Positions 33,438 to 43,496 of a stretch of DNA of 64,000 bases are shown here, piece after piece. This DNA is from Bacteroidales bacterium (GTDB taxonomy: Bacteria > Bacteroidota > Bacteroidia > Bacteroidales > UBA4417). The stretch covers positions 75,859 through 139,858 of the forward strand of contig JADJGZ010000011.1 in assembly GCA_016707785.1 (NCBI GenBank). The letters run 5' to 3'. The translations under genes were made by a program, and so were the position numbers. Below the pieces are notes generated by a model that saw only the letters and a program-made list of their open reading frames with translations, did not search any database and was not told the DNA's origin. Positions within the stretch are counted from its first letter, which is position 1. Each line of letters starts with the position of its first letter.

Positions 33438-34025
33438 ATGTCCGATTTATTGGCATCGTATGAAAAAATTCTGATCGGAAAGCTAATCAACGATGACCAG
33501 GTAGCCTTCACCATTATTTTTACCAGGTACTATGAGGACCTGGTTCATTTTTCATTTGGGATTACGCACAATTCAGATGCTTCGGAGGAAGTAGTGCAGG
33601 ATGTATTCCTCAAACTTTGGGAAAACCGTTCAAAATTGGATATTCATACTTCGCTCAAATCATTCCTGTTAAAATCTGTTCAGAACAAAAGTATTGACAG
33701 CTTGCGACACATTAGCATTACCAACAAATATGCTTCAGTTGTGCTTGAACATCCTATGCTTTTGGAAAATGATACCGAGAATTACCTCCTGTTTTCAGAA
33801 CTAGAGAATAATTTTGCCCAGGCTCTTGGGAAGTTACCGGTTCAGAATGCTGAAGTATTCCGGATGAGTCGGATAGAGTCATTTAATTACCAGGAAATTG
33901 CTTCAAAACTTGGGATTTCAGTCCGGACAGTAGAAGTCCGTATGAGCAAAGCCATTTCTTTACTCAGGGAAGAACTGAAAGATTTTCTGATCCTCTTTCT
34001 TATTTTTTATCTGCTTATCCTTTAG
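33438..34025 (+). CDS. ECF-type RNA polymerase sigma-70 factor
   Basis: 195 aa. Region 2 (EEVVQDVFLKLWENR) and region 4 HTH (FNYQEIASKLGISVRTVEVRMSKA). A TACTTTTG box lies ~20 nt upstream. Confidence 0.85.
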   Translation: MSDLLASYEKILIGKLINDDQVAFTIIFTRYYEDLVHFSFGITHNSDASEEVVQDVFLKLWENRSKLDIHTSLKSFLLKSVQNKSIDSLRHISITNKYASVVLEHPMLLENDTENYLLFSELENNFAQALGKLPVQNAEVFRMSRIESFNYQEIASKLGISVRTVEVRMSKAISLLREELKDFLILFLIFYLLIL

Positions 34026-34204
34026 GATTGCTATTTCATTATGAGGTTATGAGTGCTAAGTCATAAGTACATCTGCATGTAAAATCCAAAATATCATCGA
34101 GGCACAGAGTATTATAAATTCTCAATTCATTAATCCAGTCATTTTTATTTTTTTTAATAAAAATGCAGGAGTATGATGTGGAAAATGATTTTTAAATCGT
34201 CGTT

Positions 34205-35263
34205 ATGTTGAGAAAAGAAACTATGAGTACAGAAGATTTCGATCGCGTTGACCAATTAATTGCCAAATACCTGGGTAGTAATGCTACAACTGATGAAATC
34301 CGGTTGCTTGAAACCTGGATCAGCGAATCGGATGAAAATCGAAGATATTTCAGGCAATTCAAAAACATATGGGAATCAGCTGCCGAATTACCTGTTTCCA
34401 CTGATAAGGCTTTACACAAAGTCTTGAATCATATCAATCGTGGACCAAAAAGAATGACCTTTTGGCAGATTTTTCAGAGAATAGCTGCATTTGTGTTTAT
34501 TCCTTTGCTCATTGCAGTGATGTGGATGGGATTTGGGAAAGGTTTCGGAAAAGAAAACCAATCCATTTCATACCATAAGGTAGTTGCTGCATTTGGAACC
34601 TATTCTTTACTTGAATTACCCGATGGATCGAAAGTCTGGCTAAATTCAGGCAGTACATTGCGGTATCCTGAAAAATTCGGCAATGATAATCGTATCGTTG
34701 AACTGGTTGGAGAAGGCTACTTTGAAGTTCATGCAGATGAGGAAGTACCTTTCCTGGTTAACACTCCATATTTTACAGTAAAGGCAACAGGCACAAAGTT
34801 CAATATCAGGGCTGAGAAAAATTTCCGATCACCCTCAGTCACCTTAGTTGAAGGTAAAGTTTCAGTTCAAAAAAGAAAATCTGCTGAAGCAGGGGATCTT
34901 ATATCTTACCTGCAACCCAACCAGCATATGATTTATGATACCCTGAACGGTCAATTCAGCATTCAAACCGAAGATATTTACAAACATTTTGCCTGGAAAG
35001 ATGGTAAACTTGTTTTCCGAAATGACAATATCAGCGAAGTTGCCAGGAGAATCTCCTTACAATACAATGTTGACATAGAGATTAAAGGCACAGAAATTAA
35101 AAAATACAGGTATAGGGCCACTTTTGAAAGTGAGCCACTGGGCGAATTACTGAGACTGTTGAAGATCTCATCCCCCATCGATTATACTGAAGTCAAACCT
35201 AAAGCATTGCCTGACGGTACTTTTTCCAGAAGGAAAATCATCATATTTTCATCAAGTAACTAA
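34205..35263 (+). CDS. FecR-family anti-sigma factor
   Basis: N-terminal anti-sigma segment, a single TM (FWQIFQRIAAFVFIPLLIAVMWMGF), and a FecR periplasmic domain (LPDGSKVWLNSGSTLRYP...VELVGEGYFEV). An alternative start lies at 34223. Confidence 0.85.
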   Translation: MLRKETMSTEDFDRVDQLIAKYLGSNATTDEIRLLETWISESDENRRYFRQFKNIWESAAELPVSTDKALHKVLNHINRGPKRMTFWQIFQRIAAFVFIPLLIAVMWMGFGKGFGKENQSISYHKVVAAFGTYSLLELPDGSKVWLNSGSTLRYPEKFGNDNRIVELVGEGYFEVHADEEVPFLVNTPYFTVKATGTKFNIRAEKNFRSPSVTLVEGKVSVQKRKSAEAGDLISYLQPNQHMIYDTLNGQFSIQTEDIYKHFAWKDGKLVFRNDNISEVARRISLQYNVDIEIKGTEIKKYRYRATFESEPLGELLRLLKISSPIDYTEVKPKALPDGTFSRRKIIIFSSSN

Positions 35264-35480
35264 TTTCCAGAGTTATATACCTCCAACCATGTTCAGAAAA
35301 GATAATCGTCCGGTAGAATAGAGTAATATTTTCGGGAATTATCTGCCTCATACCTGGTTTCCTTCATCCACTCGCATCTGCTTCACTTTTCTTAAGTGTA
35401 AGCTAGAAATTCTCAATAACTGGAAATCCCGGTCAATATTGGTCTTTTCATAATTTATCATACCCTAAAACAAACAGAAT

Positions 35481-38400
35481 ATGAGATTACTTTTACTTTT
35501 TGGACTGTTTATTTTTCTCTTTTCAGTGCCTGTCCGGCTGGAAGCACAATCAACTAAAATTACATTAAACCTCGTTAATGTACCTCTGAATGATGTGCTG
35601 AATGAAATCGAGAAAAAGAGTGATTATACTTTCTTGGTCAATGAGGAAGTTGTAGATGTAACCCGCAAAGTAGATGCCGTTTATGTTAATACATCCATAA
35701 AAGACATCCTTGATCAACTCTTTAAAGGTGATAAAGTCAAGTATGTGACAAGTGACCATCAGATTATTATAACACCAAATAAGGGTAATGGCGGGGATTT
35801 TCAATCAAAAAAAGTCACAGGAAGGGTAATTGATGCAAAAACCGGTGAAACACTTGTAGGTGTAGCTATCCAGGTGAAAGGGACAACATCAGGTACCACA
35901 ACTTCCATCGATGGCACCTACTCAATTGAATTTCAGTCAGAAAAAGCAATTCTTGTCTATTCTTATCTTGGGTATGAACCTAAAGAAATCACGGTTAGTG
36001 AAGCTACTGTTCTGAATGTAGTATTGAACCCTATAGCTACTCAACTTGAGAGCATTGTGGTTACGGCTCTGGGAATCAAACGTGAAGAAAAAGCCCTGGG
36101 TTATGCTGTTCAAAAGGTTGATGGAAAAGGATTACAGACTGTCAGGGCTGTAGATGTCGGAACCTCACTCACTGGTAAAGTAGCCGGTTTATCTGTATTA
36201 AACAGTACTGAATTTGGTGCAGCCCCGGAGCTCTATATACGTGGTGAGAAACCACTGTTAGTAATAGATGGTGTACCTTATGGTAATATGACACTCAGAG
36301 ATATTCCGGCTGATGATATTGAAAGCCTCAGTATTCTTAAAGGTGCAACTGCTTCAGCCCTTTATGGCTATCGTGGAGCAAGTGGTGCTATTATGGTTAC
36401 TACAAAGAAAGGAAGTGGCATTAATGGCATTTCAATCACATTGAACAGCAGCACAATGTTTGCCGCGGGTTACCTTGCGATACCAGAATCACAATCAACA
36501 TATGGCCGCGTTGTAAATACAGCGACCAATTCAGCAGTAACAAATGGTGATGGTGCCTGGGGGCCTCCATTGGAAGGACAGGAAGTCATCCAATGGGACC
36601 CGATTTCCCGAAGCATGAAACCAATGCCATGGCTTCCGGTAGGTAAAGACAATTTTCAAAATTTCCTTGAACCCGGATATGTACTTAATAATAACCTGAA
36701 TATAGTTCAGCAGGGTGAATATGGCAGTTTTAGGGCTTCAGCCAGTTGGGTAAAGAATAAAGGACAATATCCCAACTCCATGTTCGACAAATATTCCTAT
36801 TCGATTGGTGGTGATATGAAAGTGAAAAGACTAACCTTATCCTCCAGTATAGGTTATAATAAGCAATCGTCACCAAATATCGGATTTAGTGGTTATACCG
36901 GTTACGATCCCATGTATTCCATGTTAATCTGGTCGTCGCCCGACTGGAATGTACTTGACTACAAGAATTATTGGGTCGTACCTGATGAAACACAAAATAC
37001 CAGCTATACAGATACGAACAATAATCCTTTCTTTGATCGAAACGAAAGAACCCACAGTTTAAACAAGGACATTTTTAATGGATCACTTTCCTTGAATTAT
37101 GATCTGACTTCATGGCTTAAGGCAACCATACGATCAGGTTTCGACACTTATAGTAACCGACAGGTGATAAAGATTTCCAAAGGTTCTCTGGTGAGTGCCG
37201 GTTCCGCTACAGTAATTGAAAATGGAGATCAAGTTTGGGGTGAAAGTAAGTTAGGCTCATATAATCTGGGACTTGGCAGAGGATATAGTTTTAATAATGA
37301 TTTTCTTCTTTCCGGCAATAAGACTTTCAACAAATTTACTATAGATGGATTTGTTGGCGGAACCATTTTTTACCGTCAGGATGAAGGAACTGATTCAAGA
37401 ACACAAGGTGGGCTTTCCATCCCTGGGTTTTACTCTCTCAAAGCTTCTGTACTACCAGCATATGTTGTTTCCAGTTTAAGCAGGCAGCAGGTAAACAGCA
37501 TGTATGGGCGGCTGGCTCTATCATGGAATAGTTTGGTATATGCAGAAGGTACTTTGCGTAACGACTGGAGTTCTACCTTGTCAGAAGCTACCCGTTCTTA
37601 CCTTTATCCGTCAATATCAGGTAGTTTTATCGCATCTGAATTATTACCCGAAATGGGTTGGTTATCATTATGGAAATTGCGTGGTTCGTGGACATCGTCA
37701 AAAACACCTGCCGGAATATATGACATTAACCAGGTATTCAACATTACCAATAATGCATGGACCAATCTGACTTCAGCATCATTGCCTGCTACTATTTACA
37801 GCAGTGATGTATTCCCTGAATCATCATCAACCTGGGAAGTAGGAACAGCGGTTAACCTTTACAAAAACAGGGTTTCTTTTGATATTTCATATTACAATAA
37901 AAGGATGTTCGATTTCCTTCAGGAAGCTGATATCACACCGGCTACAGGTTATTATAATAGTTATGTCAATATTGATGAAGAGATTACACGAAAAGGCGTT
38001 GAAGTCACCTTGAATGGTACTCCTGTTAAGAATAGCGACTGGAAGTGGGATATCTCCGTAAACTGGTCGAAATATGCTAGATTCTATTCCAAATTAGATT
38101 CTACTTACTCTCCTGATAAGCCCTGGATTAAGGTAGGTGAACGAGCTGACCCCTATGTCCTTTATGATTTTCAATATGATCCTGATGGGAATATCATTCA
38201 TAAGAATGGGGTTCCACTTTACTCTGCTTATGCTTCAAAATTTGGCAACTATGACCCTGACTGGATATGGGGAGTAAATACCACTTTAAGGTATAAAAGT
38301 TTGAACTTTTTTATTTCAGTTGATGGACGGGTAGGAGGAATCGCTCAAACAACCACCGAAATGTATATGTGGCGGTCAGGTTCACACCCAAATTCAGTAA

Positions 38401-38846
38401 CTGAGGAACGATATCTTGATGCTACGGTTGACGGGTCCAAAAACTACACTGGTGATGGCGTAATGGTTGTTTCAGGATCCGCAACCTATGATACTTACGG
38501 CAATATTACAAGTGACGACAGGGTATATGCACCGAATGATGTCGCAGTGACCTATGAATCCTATATTAATACAATTCATAGTGGTACCGCCTGGGGTGGA
38601 TCACCCTCTCCACTGGAAGCATATAGCACTACATTTTTCAAAATCAGGGAAATGTCGCTAACTTATGATTTACCCAGAGAGATATGTTCAAAATTTAATT
38701 CTCAGGGAGTATCTGTTTCTGCTGTAGGCCAGAATATGTTTTTGTGGTCAAAGCAATTTAAATATTCCGACCCTGATGGTGGTTATGAAAATTTCAGTGA
38801 CCCATCCATTCGTTATGTCGGATTTAACTTGAAGTTCAATTTTTAA
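35481..38846 (+). CDS. SusC/RagA-type TonB-linked outer-membrane transporter with N-terminal STN signalling domain
   Basis: 1121 aa. STN-like segment (ITLNLVNVPLNDVLNEIEKKSDYTFLV), CarbopepD_reg (GRVIDAKTGETLVGVAIQVKGT...), TonB box/plug (SIVVTALGIKREEKALGYAV), and terminal ...VGFNLKFNF. Confidence 0.9.
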   Translation: MRLLLLFGLFIFLFSVPVRLEAQSTKITLNLVNVPLNDVLNEIEKKSDYTFLVNEEVVDVTRKVDAVYVNTSIKDILDQLFKGDKVKYVTSDHQIIITPNKGNGGDFQSKKVTGRVIDAKTGETLVGVAIQVKGTTSGTTTSIDGTYSIEFQSEKAILVYSYLGYEPKEITVSEATVLNVVLNPIATQLESIVVTALGIKREEKALGYAVQKVDGKGLQTVRAVDVGTSLTGKVAGLSVLNSTEFGAAPELYIRGEKPLLVIDGVPYGNMTLRDIPADDIESLSILKGATASALYGYRGASGAIMVTTKKGSGINGISITLNSSTMFAAGYLAIPESQSTYGRVVNTATNSAVTNGDGAWGPPLEGQEVIQWDPISRSMKPMPWLPVGKDNFQNFLEPGYVLNNNLNIVQQGEYGSFRASASWVKNKGQYPNSMFDKYSYSIGGDMKVKRLTLSSSIGYNKQSSPNIGFSGYTGYDPMYSMLIWSSPDWNVLDYKNYWVVPDETQNTSYTDTNNNPFFDRNERTHSLNKDIFNGSLSLNYDLTSWLKATIRSGFDTYSNRQVIKISKGSLVSAGSATVIENGDQVWGESKLGSYNLGLGRGYSFNNDFLLSGNKTFNKFTIDGFVGGTIFYRQDEGTDSRTQGGLSIPGFYSLKASVLPAYVVSSLSRQQVNSMYGRLALSWNSLVYAEGTLRNDWSSTLSEATRSYLYPSISGSFIASELLPEMGWLSLWKLRGSWTSSKTPAGIYDINQVFNITNNAWTNLTSASLPATIYSSDVFPESSSTWEVGTAVNLYKNRVSFDISYYNKRMFDFLQEADITPATGYYNSYVNIDEEITRKGVEVTLNGTPVKNSDWKWDISVNWSKYARFYSKLDSTYSPDKPWIKVGERADPYVLYDFQYDPDGNIIHKNGVPLYSAYASKFGNYDPDWIWGVNTTLRYKSLNFFISVDGRVGGIAQTTTEMYMWRSGSHPNSVTEERYLDATVDGSKNYTGDGVMVVSGSATYDTYGNITSDDRVYAPNDVAVTYESYINTIHSGTAWGGSPSPLEAYSTTFFKIREMSLTYDLPREICSKFNSQGVSVSAVGQNMFLWSKQFKYSDPDGGYENFSDPSIRYVGFNLKFNF

Positions 38847-38940
38847 TAAAACATGATTCATTATGCTTTTCCATCCGTGAAAAGCAGAATATCATGACAC
38901 TAAAATTTTGAGAACGAACTTTTTAATGAGATTAACCCCT

Positions 38941-40464
38941 ATGAAAAACACAAGAATATACATCAGAATAATAAGTGCATTGCTTGTAGTAACTCTTGTT
39001 AGTTGCAACAAATTTGAAGAAATCAATACCAACCCGGATACAACAACCCATGTGCCGGCGTCAATGGAATGCACTAATATCATCCTTGACATGCTTGAGC
39101 ATGGAGGCGATGCTATGGGCTTCATTTCTTCCAATGCCTTACCCAAGTATGTTGGATTCACCATCTTAGGCAAGAATAGCTCTCAATACAATAATACTGG
39201 CAGTGGTGGATTTGGTGCAATGACAATATTGCCAAATATCAATGCAATGCTCATAGCAGCGGAAGGCAGTGTAATGGAAGATTCATACAAAGGTGTGGGC
39301 AGTTTTGCCAAAGCTTATACCTTTTTTAATATGACAATGTGGATGGGTGACATTCCTTACAGTGAGGCTGGTAAAGGTGCAGAAGGGCTTTTAGAGCCAA
39401 AATATGATACGCAGGAAGAGATCCTGGTAAAAATCCTTGATGAGCTCAAAGCAGCTGATCAATACTTTGCAATTGGAAATAAATTTTCCGGTGATCCTAC
39501 ACCTTATAATGGCGATCCAGGAAAATGGAGAAAAGCAGTCAATGCATTCGCTTTGAAAGTGCTCATGAGTTTGAGCAAGAAGGAGGATGTTGCTTCACTG
39601 GATATTAAAAACCGCTTTGCAGAAATTGTAAATAGTGGAAATATTTTAGAGAAAGCTACGGGTTACTGGGGGTTGGCATATTCTACCCAAAACAAGCATC
39701 CACTCAGTGCAAGTACTATGTTTGCACCAAAGACCATTGTCAGTAAGCTGGTAACCGACAATTTAAAAATACTTAATGACAGGCGCCTATTTTATTATTG
39801 TGAACCCTCTGCTGCAAAAATTGCTGCCGGTAAACTGCAGACCGACACTGCAGCCTATGTTGGAGTGGATGTTTCTATGGATTATGATATCATGAACCAG
39901 GATTTTAAAGCTAATAAATTTTCAGCGATAAACCTTCGCTACCTAAAAGAAGATGCATGTGAACCAAACCTGATGATGACATTTGCTGAACAGCAGTTAA
40001 TTCTTGCAGAAGCAAGGGTGAGAGGCTGGATTTCCAGTGGATCGGCTCAATCCTATTATGAAGAGGGTGTAAAAGCAGCGCTGGCAGACATTATGGCGAC
40101 TAAAGCCAGTTATGCACACACTGTCCCTGTCGACCAGGCTTATATTGACGGATATTTTACCGGGGAAGCTGCATTCAAGGCTACAGCAGATGAACAATTG
40201 AAACAGATATGGATGCAGAGCTATTTACTCAGGTTTATGCAGGATGGGGATTTCAGCTATTTTGAGTACAGGAGAAATAAGTACCCTGAATTTCCTATCA
40301 ACCCGGCCTCCAGTCTGAATGAAAACAATACCAGTGCCATCCCAATGCGTTGCCTGTACCCTGGCTCTGAAACGAACTATAACCGCAAAAACCTTACGGA
40401 AGCACTTAATCGTCAATATGATGGTTATGATGAAATTAATAAAATAATGTGGATATTAAAATAA
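38941..40464 (+). CDS. SusD/RagB-family nutrient-binding lipoprotein
   Basis: The ATG at 38941 gives MKNTRIYIRIISALLVVTLVSC (lipobox). It lies directly downstream of SusC, and the alpha-helical TPR-like composition is typical of SusD-like proteins. Confidence 0.8.
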   Translation: MKNTRIYIRIISALLVVTLVSCNKFEEINTNPDTTTHVPASMECTNIILDMLEHGGDAMGFISSNALPKYVGFTILGKNSSQYNNTGSGGFGAMTILPNINAMLIAAEGSVMEDSYKGVGSFAKAYTFFNMTMWMGDIPYSEAGKGAEGLLEPKYDTQEEILVKILDELKAADQYFAIGNKFSGDPTPYNGDPGKWRKAVNAFALKVLMSLSKKEDVASLDIKNRFAEIVNSGNILEKATGYWGLAYSTQNKHPLSASTMFAPKTIVSKLVTDNLKILNDRRLFYYCEPSAAKIAAGKLQTDTAAYVGVDVSMDYDIMNQDFKANKFSAINLRYLKEDACEPNLMMTFAEQQLILAEARVRGWISSGSAQSYYEEGVKAALADIMATKASYAHTVPVDQAYIDGYFTGEAAFKATADEQLKQIWMQSYLLRFMQDGDFSYFEYRRNKYPEFPINPASSLNENNTSAIPMRCLYPGSETNYNRKNLTEALNRQYDGYDEINKIMWILK

Positions 40465-40616
40465 CCTTGCGTATCTTTAGGTAAGATGCTTTGAATAATG
40501 TATTTCGAAAGACAAAACTCATTCATGCTAACAAAGCGCATTTTACCATACAGATATTTGAACCAATATTAACAAGCAAACCCTTAATTCATTAACCTTA
40601 AAAAACCAATCAAATT

Positions 40617-43385
40617 ATGAAAAAAACTTTACTAAGTTTAGTCATAATACTAGCTTTTGCCAGTTTTTCAAGTGCCCAGGTGCCTGACAGAGCAGGCTGG
40701 TGGAAATTTGACGATGCTGCAGATATGTTAAAGGCTGAAACAGGTATGGCTTTAGCTTTAACCGGCACACAGGTTTCTGTCCCAGGTCCCGTTGCAGGAA
40801 ACCTGGCTACTCAAATTTCATTAGGAAGTTACCTTACCATGACGCATGGAATTTCCGCCAATGGTGGAGGTGACTCAGTAAATGAATACACTGTTCAAAT
40901 TGACTTTTCATTGCCTGAAGTAAGCATATGGCATGCATTTTTTCAAACCAACCCATCCAATAGTGGTGATGCTGACTTGTTTACAAGAGCCAGTGATAAT
41001 ACGATAGGGACAGCAGCCACAGGATACTCTGCAAATGCTGTAACTGCGGATACCTGGTACAGGATGATCATTTCAGTAAAAAATAGTGAATTCTTCAATG
41101 TCTATCTGAATGGTGAACTTTGGTTAACCGGCACACCTCAGGATATTGATGGAAGATGGGCCCTGGTAAGTGATCTGTTGATTTTTGCCGATGATGATGG
41201 TGATGATGCCACGATTAACTGCGCTGAATTAGGAATTTGGAATGTTGCCCTCAGTGCTGCACAGGCTTCAGAACTCGGAAACGCAACAACTGAACCTCTT
41301 GCAATGAGAAAAGGTTGGTGGAAGTTCGATGATGTAACCGACCTACTTAAAGCTGAGATTGGTTCACCCCTCACCTTAACCGGTTCTCATGCCTCGGTTT
41401 CAGGTCCTGCAGAAGGAAACCTGGCAACACAGGTACCTTTGGGAAGCTATTATTCCATGACGCATAATATTTCGGCTAATGGCGGAGGTGATTCAGTAAA
41501 TGAATACTCAGTTTTGATCGATTTTTCTGTCCCTGATATCGGAATATGGCATGCTTTCATCCAGACTAATCCTACAAATACCGGCGACGCAGATTTATTC
41601 ACCAAAGCCAGTGACAATACAATTGGCACATCAGCAACCGGGTATTCAACCAATTCAATTGGAAAAGATGCATGGTACCGTATGATTATTTCTGTCAAAA
41701 ACGGGGAATTTTTCAATGTATATCTTAACGGAGACCTGTGGTTAACAGGAACCCCGCAGGATGTTGATGGCAGATGGGCATTAGTAAACGAATTATTGAT
41801 TTTTGCCGATGATGATGGAGACGATGCACCGATCAACTGTGCAGAACTGGCCATCTGGGATGTAGCTTTAACTGCTGACGAAGCCCTTCAATTAGGTGGT
41901 TTTGCCGGGAACATCTTAGTCAGCCAGATTAATGTAACAGGTACCGGTGGTGCAAATGTAATCAACACTCAAAGCGGAACCCTGCAAATGCTTGCTGAGG
42001 TGCTGCCTGCAGATGCTACTGATAAAACCGTGACATGGTCTGTAACTAATGGCACCGGTGAAGGAACTATCAGTACCGATGGTTTACTCACAGCTGTTAA
42101 AAACGGAACTGTTACCGTTACTGCCACATCAAATGATGGAAGTAATATTACGGGAAGCATGGAAGTCACAATCTCAAATCAGGCAATTATTTTGGTAACC
42201 TCAATCACTGTAACCTCTGAGAGCGGCGCAACCACTATAAGTACCAAAGGTGGCACTCTCCAGATGATCGCTACAATCCTTCCTGAAAACGCTACGGAAA
42301 AAGACGTTACCTGGTCGGTTTCAAAGGTATCGGGTGATGCGACAATCACAACCGGCGGACTTCTTGCTGCCGTAGCTGATGGAACAGTAACTGTTATTGC
42401 CACTTCTACTGATGGCGGAAACATTATCGGAAGCCTGGGAATTACCATCTCTAACCAGACTACCATTCGCGAAAGAGTTGGATGGTGGAAATTTGATGAT
42501 GCGACTGATATGGTAAAAGCAACCATCGGTCAACCACTTGTGCTCACCGGTACTCAAACCTCAATAAATGGCCCTATAGCAGGTAACCTGGCTACAATGG
42601 TTCCTCTAGGCAGCTACCTTGACATGAACCACGGTATTGCCCCTAACGGTGGTGGATCACTTGTAAATGAATGGTCACTTCAGATTGACTTCTCAGTTCC
42701 AATGATTGATACATGGTATGCTTTTTTCCAGACACTGGATGGAGATGCCGATTTATTTGTTGCAAAAACCGAAGCTCCTGATATAGGCCGCGTTCCCAAT
42801 AGCATTGGCTGTGGATCCACCAGATATTCTGAAGCTATTATTTCAGATAATACCTGGTACAGGATGTTGGTTTCAGTACAGAATGATGTCTCCTTCAGAA
42901 TATATATTGATGGTGAACTATGGTTGGATGCAGCCCCTCAGCCTCTGGATGACAGGTATGGTTTAAGTCCGATACTTCAGATATTCCAGGATGATGATGG
43001 TGACGATGGTGACATTAATTGCTCTGAATTAGGAATCTGGAATGTTGCCTTAACTGAAGCTGAAGCGATTGCTTTAGGAAATGCTACAACTACTAACGGA
43101 ATAAATGACCTCAACAGTAGCAGATATAATGACTTGGGTCACAATTATCCTAACCCTTGTTCAACCCACACAACCTTCCCCTATAAAATGCAGGAAAATG
43201 GAAATGTCACATTCCATATCTTTGATCTGGCAGGGATTGAAATCGCTCAAATAAATGAAGGTGTAAAGTCACCGGGTGAATATAAACTTGAGATAAATAG
43301 CGGTAATCTTAAAAGTGGAGTTTATACAGTTACTATGATCACTAATGAGCGCACAAGTGTTCAGAAGATGATTGTTTTAAAATAA
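40617..43385 (+). CDS. T9SS cargo protein: LamG-like x2, Big_2 x2, LamG-like x1, C-terminal sorting domain
   Basis: 922 aa. There are three ~200-aa modules, each starting GWWKFDD and ending ...IFADDDGDD..INCAEL.IW.VAL. Two Ig-like group-2 domains (GTLQM.A.VLP..AT.K.VTWSV...). CTD NYPNPC...GVYTVTMITNERTSVQKMIVLK. Confidence 0.8.
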   Translation: MKKTLLSLVIILAFASFSSAQVPDRAGWWKFDDAADMLKAETGMALALTGTQVSVPGPVAGNLATQISLGSYLTMTHGISANGGGDSVNEYTVQIDFSLPEVSIWHAFFQTNPSNSGDADLFTRASDNTIGTAATGYSANAVTADTWYRMIISVKNSEFFNVYLNGELWLTGTPQDIDGRWALVSDLLIFADDDGDDATINCAELGIWNVALSAAQASELGNATTEPLAMRKGWWKFDDVTDLLKAEIGSPLTLTGSHASVSGPAEGNLATQVPLGSYYSMTHNISANGGGDSVNEYSVLIDFSVPDIGIWHAFIQTNPTNTGDADLFTKASDNTIGTSATGYSTNSIGKDAWYRMIISVKNGEFFNVYLNGDLWLTGTPQDVDGRWALVNELLIFADDDGDDAPINCAELAIWDVALTADEALQLGGFAGNILVSQINVTGTGGANVINTQSGTLQMLAEVLPADATDKTVTWSVTNGTGEGTISTDGLLTAVKNGTVTVTATSNDGSNITGSMEVTISNQAIILVTSITVTSESGATTISTKGGTLQMIATILPENATEKDVTWSVSKVSGDATITTGGLLAAVADGTVTVIATSTDGGNIIGSLGITISNQTTIRERVGWWKFDDATDMVKATIGQPLVLTGTQTSINGPIAGNLATMVPLGSYLDMNHGIAPNGGGSLVNEWSLQIDFSVPMIDTWYAFFQTLDGDADLFVAKTEAPDIGRVPNSIGCGSTRYSEAIISDNTWYRMLVSVQNDVSFRIYIDGELWLDAAPQPLDDRYGLSPILQIFQDDDGDDGDINCSELGIWNVALTEAEAIALGNATTTNGINDLNSSRYNDLGHNYPNPCSTHTTFPYKMQENGNVTFHIFDLAGIEIAQINEGVKSPGEYKLEINSGNLKSGVYTVTMITNERTSVQKMIVLK

Positions 43386-43410
43386 TTGAGGTGTAGTAAT
43401 TATTTATCTA

Positions 43411-43445
43411 AGAGGATGTTTCAGTAATTGAAGCATCCTCTTTTA
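43411..43445 (+). terminator. Rho-independent terminator
   Basis: agaggatgtttc-agtaatt-gaagcatcctct followed by TTTT. Confidence 0.65.
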
Positions 43446-43496
43446 ATAGCATTTCAAGGTTAACTTACTTGTATATCTCTTAGTCTGATTGACAGC